A stretch of DNA of 64,000 nucleotides from contig MU058065.1 of assembly GCA_013265495.1 (NCBI GenBank), positions 7,316,302 to 7,380,301 of the forward strand, in the 5' to 3' direction. This stretch comes from Vicugna vicugna (taxonomy: Eukaryota). A model generated the notes under the pieces. The model was not told the DNA's origin, ran no database searches, and saw only the letters and a list, made by a program, of their open reading frames with translations. How positions within the stretch are numbered: position 1 is the first letter of the stretch; each line of letters begins with the position of its first letter. Below, in pieces: positions 37,641 through 50,759 of the stretch. The position numbers and the translations under genes were made by a program.

Positions 37641-39124
37641 TACTAGGATTTTTAATCCAGTTGTTGCTGTTGTGATTAACAACTACATCTCATATTCAGA
37701 GGAGTGCTGAATTTATATAACTTTGGGTTCCAAAGTACTCTCTTACTCAATAGACATTAATCATGAGATGGTGGTTTATGAAAGTTCTTGGCTTTAAAGA
37801 ATGATATTCACACTTAGAAAAAGTTGGGAGCCATACTCTGGAACAAATAAGTTACTGAGGTGTACATTACTGATAACAGAATCTTTCTGGGATCCTAGAT
37901 GGGTTCCAATGGATAGATATTTATAGGAGGTCTCCCAAGTACTGAGTACTGAGCTTCCTGGAATCATCCAGGTATTGAAAGGGTCTAGGCTCAGTGCAGG
38001 TCTGAAGACTTCAAGTTCAGCTTCTTCTTACCCACAGCCGTCTTCTGGAAGTGATGAGAGCAGGAGTGTTCTGACCTTACAGCGAGGAGGGATGCCAGAA
38101 AATGGAGTAGGGGAAGGACTGTAGCAGTGAGTTGGAGACATCTCGATTTTGGGGAACTCAGTGCTTTACAAAGGTTTGCTCTGCCTGTAGATATAAAATA
38201 TGTCATCATACCCAGCTACAGCCCTCACCCCACAGCTTTGGCCCATTGCCCTGCATGTTCCAGTAGGAGTCTTGGATTGTGCTGGATCTAAGGGGGTGGG
38301 AGGAGGCCTGGGGCTGGCAGGAGTAGTTAGCCTGAGTGATCTGAGGCCTGGAGGATTATGACTGAGGGATGAGGTGGAAATTGGCACCTCATAGCTTTGT
38401 GAGGCTACTCTGACTCGTGCCTTTCCCTTTCCAAATGCCAAGTTGCGAGATTAGCTCTATTGCTTTGGGGCAGGACTTCGTGTTCGGAAAACTGGCGTCT
38501 CCTTAGTGTCACAGCACCACCACACCCTCCTCCCGCTGGTGCTGATGTTGACCACCCAGCCCGTGCACACCACCACCTACTCCTGGAACAATGATGTGTC
38601 CTGACCTCCGAAGCAGAGGGGCTGGCAGGTCCCATGGATGGGGCTCCTGAGGTTACTTTGGGACATGTCTCTTCAGTGCCCTCCTGGGGGCGTGCATGAG
38701 AAGGCCAAGGGTCCTTCCAGCTTTAGTTCTGCTCCAGTGTACTGAGCACATGGATGTGTGATTACTTGGCAGCAGCAATTTGAGAGAAATAAAGTATCTA
38801 TACTACCCAGTTTATCTACTTGCTTTCTAAGAGCTGAAAATGACGATTTTCTACAGTCATTCTCTTAAAGCTAAGACTGTTGAGAGTGTATCACCTTTTG
38901 GGGGCTACGTTTATAAACATAGCAGGAGAGTTTCGAGATACTAACTGACTTTTTTTTCAGTAGTTTACTGTATCCATCCCCAGCACCCATGCTTGTGTAC
39001 ATGCACACACACACTCGCGCGTGCGCACACACACCCCCCCCCGCCTTTTCTACTGAGTGGAATGCTCTTGGGGCAAGGTAAGGCTACAGTGGTGCCAGAG
39101 ACCAGAAACAAGCCATCTGTAGCT

Positions 39125-39265
39125 TTAATTTTCTTTAAGTGAAGTATTATTGACATGTAGCATTACATTAGTTTCAGGAGTACATATAATGTTTTGATAT
39201 TTGTATACACTGAGAAATGATCATGATAAGTTTAGTTATCCTCCACCACCAAACATAGTTGCAAA
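39125..39265 (-). mobile_element. Short L1 3' tail (older laurasiatherian type)
   Basis: 'gaagtattattgacatgtagcattacattagtttcaggagtacatataatg...gatatttgtatacactgagaaatgatc'. Confidence 0.75.
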
Positions 39266-40501
39266 GCTCACAACCTTAGAGAAATGGAAGGGACTCAAAG
39301 CATAGGAAAAAAATGCCTGGGAGAAACATCACTAGAACATACCTCCCCCACCCAACCTGCCCCAGGGCAGAAGTGGAGATGAAAATGGATGGGAAAGCGA
39401 TAGGATTTTACCTTTGGTGGTACTGGAAAGAGAGGCCTTGCTTCCAAGACGGAACCTCAGGTTAGGAATGTCTTCACTCTGAGTCTCAGAAGAAGGTGAT
39501 TTACTGATTTTTCCGCATCTTGGCATGCCACAGAGAGAGCAGAATGGAACCTATGTCTGCAAATATGCTTGGATTGATGGCCATTGGTGACCAAGTGCTC
39601 AAAGATTGTGTCTGCAGACACCCATGTGGACAGAAGTCCTGAGGTCCGGGTGGGCGTTGGTCCTCTGTGAGCCCCTAAACTTTGTTTTTGCCTTGAGGAA
39701 GGTGCAGGATTCTTAAAAGGATTGAGTGTAAGCACATCAGCTAGTACCTCAAACTATAAATCTAGCTGTTACCCCTCAGATGAGTCTATTTCATGGATAC
39801 TCTGGTGATGGTCTGCAAGCTGGCACACACTTTGTAGGAGAGCTTACTGAGACTTGCAGAGTTGGTGGCCACTGGCTCAGTCCACTTGTCTTTATTAAAC
39901 ACCTAGGACACTAAACGGAACCCCTTGTAGACTCAGAGGGGGCTCCACGGTCCCTTCGGGCCTTGAGTCTCTTTTACTACAGGAGCCTTCAGAGTTAGGG
40001 CCAAGGAAAGGGTGTATTAATTCTCTCCTAGCCACGATATTTTCTCTTGGATCTACATGACTTGGGAAAACGTGAGTCAGGACAGATGACAAAGACAGAA
40101 AGAAATATAGCATCTAAATATTTCTAGGTTTACTCATTCTGCAATAAAATACTCAGACCCACAAACAAACATTTACCTTAATCTTTTCGTCTTTTGTTTG
40201 ATTACTTAGATATGTTCTTTCTAAAAAGCAATTTCAAATGTGGGGAGGGGTAATCAATTTCTGCTATTATAGAGTGGGCATCCTCCCCAGAAGTCTAGGA
40301 AATCTTTTGCAGATTTCAAAGGTTTCTTAACCTTTTCTGACATTTAAAAGCAAACAGAAATTCTGCCAGATAAAAGTGAGCTGAAAACAACGGTCAAGTT
40401 GATGTCCAACTGGAAGGAGCCTGGTTCCTCCAAATTCCTTCCCTTTTACACATGATCCATTATGAAATGGTACCACGGAACACTGATGTTTCTCTCTTAA
40501 A

Positions 40502-40522
40502 ACACATGCGCACGCCTGTGCG

Positions 40523-40560
<38 letters not shown>
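40502..40560. repeat. CG/CA alternating tract plus (CA)n
   Basis: acacatgcgcacgcctgtgcgtgcgcgcacacacaca... Confidence 0.9.
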
Positions 40561-40561
<1 letters not shown>

Positions 40562-43500
40562 TAAAATTGCTTGTCATGGCTAAAATGAGGCCAGGGCAAA
40601 CAGTCAACAGAGCCTGGTCCAGATAATATTTTATCCCCTTTTCTATCATTATGGTTTTAAGGGTGAGATTCAAAACTGGGAGGATTAGAGTTGGGCTGTT
40701 GGGAAATTTACAGCTGAGCACGGATGCTCACACTCACTGATTCTCTCTCTCTTCTCCCTCCCCTTCTCTTCAACAACTTAGCAGCATGTGGCCTGCCCTT
40801 GTTCCAGCAGCAATTATTAAAATAAAAAACACCTTTGGCCATAAACGCAAGTGAAAATTGAAACACACTCATGAAAGTTTATTATTTTTTGCTTCAATAA
40901 CTTCACCCTGCATGGAGAACTTTATTTGCCTCAAAGGTCTTTGGGTTGGGTAATGAAAAAGCACAGGGTTTGGGTGGGTTTGGGGATCCCAAGTCATCAG
41001 AGTTGGGAGGCATCTGGGGGGTGGTGTGCATCTTGGCCTTGGGCCTACAGGGTTGTTCAAGCATGGGCTTTAATGTGCAGGAGCCTACTTCCTCTCTCTC
41101 TCTCTCTCTCTCTTCTTGGGGCTGCCCTGCCTTTAGGGTCATGTCCAGGGAGAGGGGGGCTGCGCTGGTTTTAAGCCAGTCTGCCCCTCTGCTGGCTTGC
41201 TGGCCCTATATTCAATTCATCCGGCAAATTCTGTAGACTCCCTGGAGCTTTGCTGTGATTTAAGGCACTTTCAGCCTCTGACTGGAATTCTCTATGCTCC
41301 CAAACTCAAAAAGGATAAGGGAAGAAGTGGGAGGGCAGATGTTGAGGGGACAATGCAGAAACACAGGGGTGAAAGGAAGCCTACAGTGGAGGAGAAGTGG
41401 CTGAATTGGAATACTTTACTTCTGAGAAAAGACAGTTGAGTATGCTACCTGATAATGATGTATATTTCTAGAGAAAGAAGAAAATGATTTAAAATACCGG
41501 AGGTGGACTTTGGCTTATGTGAGAGAGGAATAAACTTCTAGGCCATTTACATTACAGTTTTTTAGTTTTTTTGTGCCACTTGCAGCCACACCTGGTCTTA
41601 AAACTATTCCAGGGTATAGGTGGTCTTGCTAGGAGGAAAAGTACAAGGTTTGAGGGTAAGCCTCCTAGGACCAGTGCGATAATTCTGCTCCGTAACATTC
41701 TTAAGGAGCAAGGCTCTGTAGAGCTCATCATTCCACTGTCCCTGGGATGTGGCCCAGATGGTGTGGTCTATATTTAAGGCAGCACATGGAGAAAGGGAGG
41801 ATAAAGAAGGGGCTAAGGGAACATGCCTGTCTCCTAAGGGATATTCCCAGAGGCTGCTACATGACACCTGCCTTTCTTCCCACTAGCAAGAATTTAGCCC
41901 CTTGGCCACACATTATAAAAGAGGCTGGAAAATTAACCTTTATTAAGAGTAGCAATATGCTCAGCTAAAAATCTTATGAAGAAAGAAAGAGAGAGGAAGT
42001 AATATTGGGGGACAATGAGTGGTCTTTGCCACAGCGGTTAATAGAATAGTTAATCCTTACCTGTCTTTTCGACTGGTGCTGGTTTAGTCATCGTGTTCCT
42101 TCCACTGTTCCATGAAAGTCTGTGTTCACAGGGAAGTTAAGCCCATCACTTCCTCATTTATTTTATCTGCGTGACTTTTTGTCAGTATTGTTCCTCCATC
42201 CTTTCACATGGGTTCTTACTCTTTGTCTCATTAAGATCTTCCTTGAGCCAACTTTGTAGGAAATCTGCCAGCCTCACACTGTAGGCTCAGAACTCAGAAC
42301 AAACAACACGAAAGAAAGATGTCTAGTCTATTGGTCTCTTTTGTTGCTTTACCACGATTTTTAAAGGATCAGGGCACAGGGGTATGTGCCATTTTTCATG
42401 GCTTGTTTTGCACTCACCAATGTGGTATAAACCCAACTAGCTTCTTAAAGCCTCCCCAGGGATGGATTGGGACCAGAATCTCCTTCAGATTCTGTCTGAC
42501 TCAGAAGCTGCTGTTTTGTTTCCCTGGGCTGCTGCATGGTTTAAGCCCCTCATCCTGAGTAGCAGGACTCACATCCCATCAAATCTCCCTTTTGCTTGCT
42601 CGCTCTCTCCCGGCTGCCTCTCTCCTGCTTCATGTGAGATGTTTCTGGCTGCCTCACTTTCCAGCATAATTAAATCCAGTAGGTCTTCCTGTTGACCTCA
42701 TGAGTATGAGTTAGGCTCACTTATGAAATATGAAATGATCCCAAGTGCTCATGATCCAGCTTTCCCAGGGGGCTGTGGAGGCAGGTCATAAGCTAAGAGC
42801 TTCCTGCTGGAGATGCTGCAGGGAAGGCAGATGTGGCATCCCTAGAGATAAGCAGTGCCTTCCATGGACTGAGCTCTGGTCTCAAGGGGTAGTGATAATT
42901 TTCAGTGTTCCCTAAGGGATTTCTATCCTCTCTCTGTCCTATTTCTTTTTCTACTTGAGGGTACTTGCTCTTATTTTGAGCAAGTGAGGAAAACCAAGTT
43001 AAAGTCATGTCATATTATATTGAGGCTTTGTGCTGAACTCTCCATTTTGATCAGAGGCAATGGAACAGTATTGAATTAACTGATCCATATGTGCTCAAAG
43101 GCATTGGTTGCATGCCTAGGTCCTTTGCCTGGGTTTATTCTATCCATGATTCAAGGTTCCCTTGGTCACAAGAAAGGAATGGAAGAGTGTATAAATGACT
43201 CAAGGCAAATCAGATCCAGGAAGGAAATAAAGAATCTCTGCATTTATGGGTTAATTAGTATGCAGTATCCCGGAGTATATCAGAGAAAAGGTCTCGGATC
43301 AGTAGACAACACTCATTATTTGACTCTTTATACTTTTGTAGAGGAGAAGGGACTTCTGCCACATTCCCCAGAGGGAATAGAATTATAGGAACACATCAAG
43401 CTCCTCCCTCCAGAACCCTCATCTACTGCCTACTGCTTCCAACAAGCAAGGAGGAAGAAAGACTCATCTGGTTGGTGAGATCATGTCCAAGGTCTCTGCT

Positions 43501-44009
43501 TTTTGTGGCTCTTCTCTCACAGTAACTAGCTCAGAACTTGCTCTGCCTTCAATACTTTCCTCAAGACAGATCCTTGTATCTGGATTATGGGCGGGAGGCG
43601 GTGTTGAAAATGAAGTTTCCTATAGAAATTTTTGAATCAAAGAAGGTTTGAGTCACGTCCTCCAATGCAGTAAACCAGAACCCCTCCATTTGGGAGCAAG
43701 GGAACAAAGCTAATGCTTACTTTGATCCTCATCCGAGTCCTGTTTTCAATTTTGTAGGAAACTTGGGGAGGGGGAATGAAGACATGAAAAAAATTGGCTG
43801 TGTGCCTGGCCCACAGACCCACTCCTTAAAGGCCTTCCTGACATAGGGTTCCTGTTGGGTGTTTCTCCTTGATTCCAGGATCAGGCTGCCATCCTCTGTG
43901 GTACCTATAAACAGATAGGGAGGGCAGGAAGGGGAGGAGTTGAGATCAAGAGAGCTATTTTACAGTGGGAAAGTATTGTGTGAACAAAAGGTGAAGTGCT
44001 AAAATTCAC

Positions 44010-44490
44010 GTGAGCATGGGTTGAGGAAATCAGCACTTCCTGCCTTCTGCCAGTCCTGGCCTTGACTCCCAGTCCCACCTCCTTCTAGCCGTGTGATTCT
44101 GCAAAACTTCTCTGATCTTTCTGTGCCTCAATTCTCCAAGCTGTTAAATGGGCAAATTATAGTTCCTATCTCATGGGATTGTTTTGAAGATTAAATAAAT
44201 CATTATATAGTGTCAAACACATAGTGAATGTTGGGTAACTATTAGCTGTCCAACATAATATCATCACCATCATTATAGTCATCACAAATGTGGCATATCT
44301 AGAGGTAGGCTTAGGCCTGACTCAGGTGGTGAATAAGATTCTGCTCTTACTCATGCTTTGCAGGAGACTGCAGGTACAGTGTCAAAGTTCTGGACTGAGA
44401 AGTGACATACTTGTGTTCTAGTCCTGGCTACTTGTGGCCTTTGGCAGTGACTTCTCTCTCTGAGTTTCAATTTACATAGTTATAATAAAG
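44010..44490 (+). mobile_element. MIR copies (about 44010-44250 and 44375-44490)
   Basis: 'ctttctgtgcctcaattctccaagctgttaaatgggc...cctatctcatgggattgttttgaagattaaataa'; 'tggactgagaagtgac...ttctagtcctggct'. Confidence 0.8.
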
Positions 44491-44499
44491 GATTTAGTG

Positions 44500-44720
44500 T
44501 TCAGTGGCTTCAAAATGCTTGCCTGGAGATGGGAGGGTGGGGGTGCTGGGCTGGCCTTGTGAGACTTACCTGGAAGCTTGTTACAAATGCATATTTTCTG
44601 GCCCCACCACCCCCAGACATTCTGATTAGGTGGGTCTATGATGGCTTGAGAGACTGAGTTTTTGTAAGGTTTATGCTTTGCTCTCTATGTACCTCCCTTG
44701 CATCTGGGGTCCAACTGTCA
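44500..44720. mobile_element. MER5-like remnant
   Basis: 'cagtggcttcaaaatg...acctggaagcttgttacaaatgcatattttctggccccacc..ccagacattctgatt'. Confidence 0.7.
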
Positions 44721-45619
44721 CTTGGGCATCACAGCCCCAGCTCATCTTTGAGGCCTCAGCTCTAAAATGCTCTAGTTGTGTTGCAAGATGTGTGTGAAAG
44801 AGTGGAAGAAGGGGTTGATTTGAAAAACAAGTGATGAAGTTCCAGTTAATTAGCAAAATTTATTGAAGGATTATACTTTACCATTTTGCTCATTCAAAAG
44901 CCAAGAGTTTCAGCCCAAGTGCATAACAGACCTATACCCTGCAGTTCGCCAGAGCCAGTCTGACCCATCTTTTCTGTTCTGAGACACAGAGCCAGGAACC
45001 ATTGTCACTGCCTACCCCAGGTCCCAGAGGAAGAGGAACTGCCCCAGATAAGCCAGAAGAATCCTCTTCCCAAGGCCAGTTCCCAACATCTCCATTTCCC
45101 TTGGGCCAAGTGCTCATTTGATCAACCAGGATCTTTGGCGACCAAGAGCAGAAAAGAGAATCCATCTTGTCACTCTAACGTGGGGTGAGGCTGTTCTCAA
45201 ACCGTTCCATCTCTGAGTCTCCTTCCTTGGCAAACAAGAAGTCTTTGCTGTAATCCCACAGTGTTTCTCTCTTAAATCCAAAGAATGAAACAGAAAAACA
45301 AAAACAAAACAAAAAAAATGTTTCCTTCCACCGTATAAATTGGAACCTCTTTCATCCATTGAATGACATGGTTTCTTGCTTCTTTCCTTCACCATGGGGA
45401 CAGGGTGGAGCCCACATTCCCTCAAGGAACCCAAGATCACGACATTCATGGTGAACAAACTGCATCCTCTAGAATGCATTTCCAATTAACACACACAAAG
45501 CGTTTCCTACTGTCTCTTAAATTATGGTTCTATATTTATCGCTGCCAACAAACCCCTCCCTCCTTTCCCCAGCTCCCCCAACCCATGATCCCCATTCTCC
45601 TTTTAATCATTTGCAGAAG

Positions 45620-45850
45620 TGTTTCCATTCTTCTTTTTTCCATTTTCAGAACCAATTTTTTTATAAGAAGATTGTAACTGTTGCTAACACTTTGATTTCC
45701 CTGTTCAGTGAAATTTACATGACACTGAGGTTTTGTGATATAATTTCTTATTTGCTTCCAAGTTTTCTGTCGGGTGTTTAATCTGTGCAGAATTTCATTA
45801 TCGTTTGATTTATTGTGGCCTCAACATAAGGAAAGATTTTTCAAATGTCA
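45620..45850. promoter_or_regulatory. Candidate conserved non-coding enhancer-like element
   Basis: Non-repetitive AT-rich block with PBX-HOX TGATTTAT 45806-45813 and MEIS-type TGACA 45720-45724 / TGTCA 45846-45850; conservation not verified. Confidence 0.3.
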
Positions 45851-45859
45851 ACTTTTTTT

Positions 45860-46190
45860 CTTTTTCCCTTGCTCCCCTCTCTCTCTCTCCGTCATCCTTT
45901 TACACACACACACACACACACACACATACACACACTCATAAACACACTCTCTCTTCTCTTTCTCTCTTCTGTTTTCTCTGCATCTTTTTCTCTCCCTCTA
46001 TCTGTCATCAATCACCCCCTGCCCCAACACATGCATGCGTGCAGGCACACATGCACTTTTTCCTTCACTCCCCTCCCACTTCTCATTTTCTCTCCATAGC
46101 TCCTCTTCTACCTTTTCTCCTCTGTCTCTCTGTTTCTCTCTCTCTCATGTCTTCTCTCCATCTCTCTCCCCGCTCCCCACCTCATTTTCA
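45860..46190. repeat. Polypyrimidine (CT-rich) tract with (CA)n at 45902-45935
   Basis: Read directly. Confidence 0.9.
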
Positions 46191-46504
46191 GGTTTTGGTG
46201 TTCACATCTGATGATTGACACTTTGGCTTTGTCCTCATCCCAGATCATCCCTCTAAGAGCTTTCTTGAACACAGTGCCCATGGGGTCTACTATTTGGGAA
46301 ATGAGGAAGCTTCTCCTGTTAGGAGAGTTACATTGGGGATTTATACAATGGCCTCAAAATTCCTTTGAATCCCAAGACTGACTCATGGGGCTGGATCCTG
46401 AGTCTCCTGGAAGATGAAGATCAGCCTCAACTCCCTAAGGACTGGAGTCAAGAAAGCCTGAAGAACATATATTTTGTATAATGGTTACATAACGAGAAAC
46501 TTGC

Positions 46505-46608
46505 GTGTGTGTGTGTGTGTGTGTGTGGTGTGAAGCGAGTGGAAAAGAGAGAGAGAGAAAGAGATAGAGCTAGAGAGAGAGAGAGGGAGGGAGGGAGGGA
46601 GGGAGAGA
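46505..46608. repeat. (GT)n-(GA)n-(GGGA)5 compound microsatellite
   Basis: Read directly. Confidence 0.9.
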
Positions 46609-47067
46609 AGAATTCAGATCAGTCAGGGGGACTCTCTTTTCCCCTGTTTCTTGTCCTTATCCACCACAACAGACATTTGGAAGGCAAATGCCCACATAGG
46701 GTGAGTCTTAGTGGATTTTCACAGAGGTAGAGAACTCAGCAACTCAGCCCCTCCTAAGGGTTAATTTTTATCATCCATATTTAGTTTCAGGGCCCTTTCT
46801 CCTTTTAACAGCTTCTCGAACACTCATTTCCCCATCACCTTTTTAGTTACTTTTCCTCTTCATTCTAACTCAGCTGACCTCGTACTCTGCTTTTCTCTTT
46901 CTCTCCTCTTAGATAATTTCTATCCTGTTACTTTGCCTCTATCTCTTTGCTTGTCAAAATTTATCCATTCTGTGTGGTGTAACCATCCTTTATCATGAGT
47001 TCTTTTTTTTTTTTTTGGTGGTGTGACTGTGGGATTGATTAAGAGGTTAACGTGTTGCATTTTCACA

Positions 47068-50000
47068 TTTTATTTATTTTTTATTTTTTAAACATTTTTA
47101 TTGAGTTATAGTCATTTTACAATGTTGTGTCAAATTCTAGTGTAGAGCACAATTTTTCAGTTATACATGAACATACATACATTCATTGTCACTTTTTTTT
47201 TCACTGTGAGCTACCACAAGATCTTGTATATATTTCCCTGTGCTATACAGTATAATTTTGTTTATCTATTCTGAATATGCCTGTCAGTATCTATAAATTT
47301 TGAAATCACGGTCTGTCCCTTCCCACCCCCTGGCCCCTTGGGAACCACAAGTTTGTATTCTATGTCTATGAGTCTATTTTTGTTTTGTATTTATGCTCAT
47401 TTTTTTTTTAGATTCCACATATGAGCAATCTCCAATGGTATTTTTCTTTCTCTTTCTTGCTTAGTTCACTTAGAATGACATTCCCCAGGGTCATCCATGT
47501 TGCTGCAAATGACATTATGTTGTCAGTTTTTATGGCTGAATAGTATTCCATTGTATAAATATACCACTTCTTTATCCAGTCATCTGTTGATGGACATTTA
47601 GGCTGTTTCCATGTCTTGGCTATTGTAAATAGTGCTGCTATGAACACTGAGGTGTAGGTGTCTTTTTTGAAATAGGGTTCCTTCTGGATATATGCCTAGG
47701 AGCGGGATTCCTGGGTCATATGGTAGGTCTATTCCTAGTCTTTTGGGGAATCTCTGTACTGTTTTCCACAGTGGTTGCACCAAACTGCATTCCCACCAGC
47801 AGTGTTGGAGGGTTCCCTTTTCTCCACAGCCTCTCCAGCATTTGTCATTTGTGGACTTTTGAATGATGACCATTCTGACTGGTGTGAGGTGGCACCTCAT
47901 TGTAGTTTTGATTTGCATTTCTCTGATAATTAGTGATATTGAGGATTTTTTCATGTGCCTATTGATCATGTATATGTCTTCCTTGGAGAATTGCTTGTGT
48001 AGGTGTTCTGCCCATTTTTGGACTGGGTTGTTTGTTTTTTTCTTGTTATGTCATATGAGCTGCTTATGTATTCTGGAGATCAAGCCTTTGCTGGTTTCAT
48101 TGTTTGCAAAAATTTTCTCGCATTCTGTAGGTTGTCGTTTTATTTATGGTTTCCTTTGCTGTGCAGAAGCTTGTAAGTTTCACAAGGTCCCATTTGTTTA
48201 TTCTTGCTTTTATTTCTATCACTTGGGTAGACTGTCCTAGGAGAACATTTTTGAGATGTATGTGAGATGATGTTTTGCCTATGTTTCCTTCTAGGAGGTT
48301 TATTTTAGCTTGTCTTATGTTTAAATCTTTGATCCATTTTGAGTTTATTTTTGTGTATGGTATAAGGGAGTGTTCTGGCTTCACTGATTCACACTCTGCT
48401 GTCCAGTTTTCCCAACACCATTTGCTGAAGATCTTTATTCCATTGTATATTCTTGCCTCCTTTGTCGAAGACTAGTTGACCAAAAGTTTGTGGGTTCATT
48501 TCTGGGCTCTCTATTCTGTTCCATTGGTCCATATGTCTGTTTTTGTACCAATCCCATGCTTTTTTGATGACTGTAGCTCTATAATATTGTCTGAAGTCTG
48601 AGAGAGTTATTCCTCCAGCCTCTTTCTTTTTCTTCGGTAATGCTTTGGCAATTCTAGGTCTTTGATGGTTCCATATAAACTTTATTATGATTTGTTCTAG
48701 TTCTGTGAAATATGTCCTGGGTAATTTGATAGGGATTGCATTAAATCTGTAGATTGCCTTGGGCTGTATGACCATTTTAACAATATTGATTCTTCCAATC
48801 CAGGAGCATGGGATATCTTTCCATTTCTTAAAGTTTTCTTTAATTTCCTTCATCAATGGTTTATGGTTTTCCATATATAAGTTTTTCACCTCCTTGGTTA
48901 TATTTATTTATAGATATTTTATTACTTTGGGTGCTATTTTAAAGGGGATTGTTTCTTTACTTTCTTTTTCTGTTGATTCATCATTACTGTAAAGAAATGC
49001 AACTGATTTTTGAATGTTAATCTTGTAGCCTGCTACCTTGCTGAATTCTTCGACTAGTTCTAGTAGTTTTTATGTGGATCTTTTAGGGTTTTCTAAATAT
49101 AGTATCATGTCATCAGCATATAGTGACACTCTTACCTCTTGTTTTCCAATTTGGATCCCTTTTATTTCTCTCTTTTGCCTGATTGCTGTGGCCTGGACTT
49201 CCAAGACTATGTCAAATAGGAGTGGTGATAGTGGGCATCCTTGTCTTGTCTCAGATTTTAGTGGGAAGCTTTTGAGTTTTTCACAGTTTGGTACTATGCT
49301 GGCTGTAGGTTTGTCATATATAGCTTTTATTATGTTGAAATATATTCCCTTTATACCCACTTTGGCGAGAGTTTTTATTATAAATGGGTGTTGAATTTTA
49401 TCAAATGCTTTTTCTTCATCTACTGAGATGATCGTGTGGTTTTTGTCCTTTCTTTTGTTGATGTGATGTATTACATTGATTGATTTGCGTATGTTGAATC
49501 ACCCTTGTGTCCCTGGGATGAACCCCACTTGATTATGATGTATAATCTTTTTAATGTGCTGTTGGATTCTATTTGCTAATATTTTGGTGAGGATTTTTGC
49601 ATCTGTGCTCATCTGTGATATTGGTCTGTAATTCTCTTTTTTGGTAGTGTCTTTGCCTGGCTTTGGTATCAGGGTGATGGTGGCTTCATAGAATGAGTTT
49701 GGGAGTATTCCCTCCTTTTCAGTCTTCTGGAAGAGTTTGAGAAGGACTGGTATGAGTTCTTCTTTGTATGTTTGGTAGAATTCCCCTGTGAAGCTGTCCG
49801 GTTCTGGACTTTAATTCATAGGGAGGATTTTATTGCTAGTTCAATTTCATTTCTAGTGATTGGTTTGTTCAAGTGGTCAGTTTCTTTTTGATTCAGTCTT
49901 GGTGGACTGTATGTTTCCAGAATTTGTCCATCTCTTCCAGGTTATCCATTTTTGTTCCATATAGCTTTTCATAATATTCTCATATGTTATTCTGTATTTC

Positions 50001-50095
50001 TATGTTATTTGTTGTAATTTCTCCATTTTCCTTTCTTATTTTGCTTATTTGTGCTCTCTCTTTTTTCTTCTTTGTAAGTTTGGCTGGAGGTTTGG
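47068..50095 (-). mobile_element. Young camelid-type L1, about 3.0 kb, 5'-truncated within ORF2
   Basis: Poly-T/3'UTR at left; minus-strand ORF2 pieces 47408-47647, 47598-47969, 48097-48384, 48389-48889 and 49070-49360. Confidence 0.97.
47408..50090 (-). pseudogene. Disrupted L1 ORF2 (reverse transcriptase and C-terminal Cys-rich region)
   Basis: [18 protein letters not shown]...[15 protein letters not shown] (RT); [36 protein letters not shown]; split over several frames. Confidence 0.92.
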
Positions 50096-50759
50096 CTAAA
50101 CTCACAGAGAATAGCTGCTCTGTACTGGATGTAGGGCATTAGACTTAGTCTAACCACTTCCAGATATTTGGGAGTTAGCTTAGTCACTGGTTCCCCTCTT
50201 CCTTAGATGTAGCCTGAGATGAGTGAATCAAACTGTTCCCTGTCTAGCCATGGAAGTTCAATGCCCCTACTACCTCTGGGCCAGGAATGATCAATGAGCA
50301 CCTGGAGGGTGGATGACACACCTCCATTCAGAGATAGCATAGATCTCTGAAATGCCTCAGAGTTCTGGAGCTCTCCCTGATTCCATTCAAAGTGGGGGCC
50401 TGAGTAGTGGTTCTCCCCTTCCTGTAGAAGCAGGAGAGAACTTGTAATCAAGTGAAGATACCCTGTGAGAAATATTCAAGTCCAGAGAGCAACTGCTTCT
50501 TCTCCTGGGAAATAATGAACTGGCTCAGAGAGATGGAGAGAAGGCCAAAATATGTTGTGAAACCAAAAGCAAAAGAAGAATGAAAAAGAGGCTGGAAAAA
50601 TAATAAAAAGGATTGGAATTCTCATAAAAGTCCAAACCAACAGTGGTAATTCTGAAAAGTGTAGGATTTGATTACACTCCCTCATAAAGGGTTTAGTCCT
50701 AAGCATGAACTGCTAACCACACCCGCTTTCCCTTCCCACAAGTGCCTAGGCTGAGGGAG

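Noticed and set aside
38405..38635. GC-richer stretch with short ORFs on both strands
   Set aside because: No recognisable protein and no convincing splice-site pair
38678..38695. CTCF-like cctcctgggggcgt
   Set aside because: Mismatches at two core positions, including the AG; too weak without ChIP data
48389..49360. Reverse-transcriptase-like ORFs as a novel retroelement or defence system
   Set aside because: Ordinary disrupted LINE-1 ORF2 within a 5'-truncated L1
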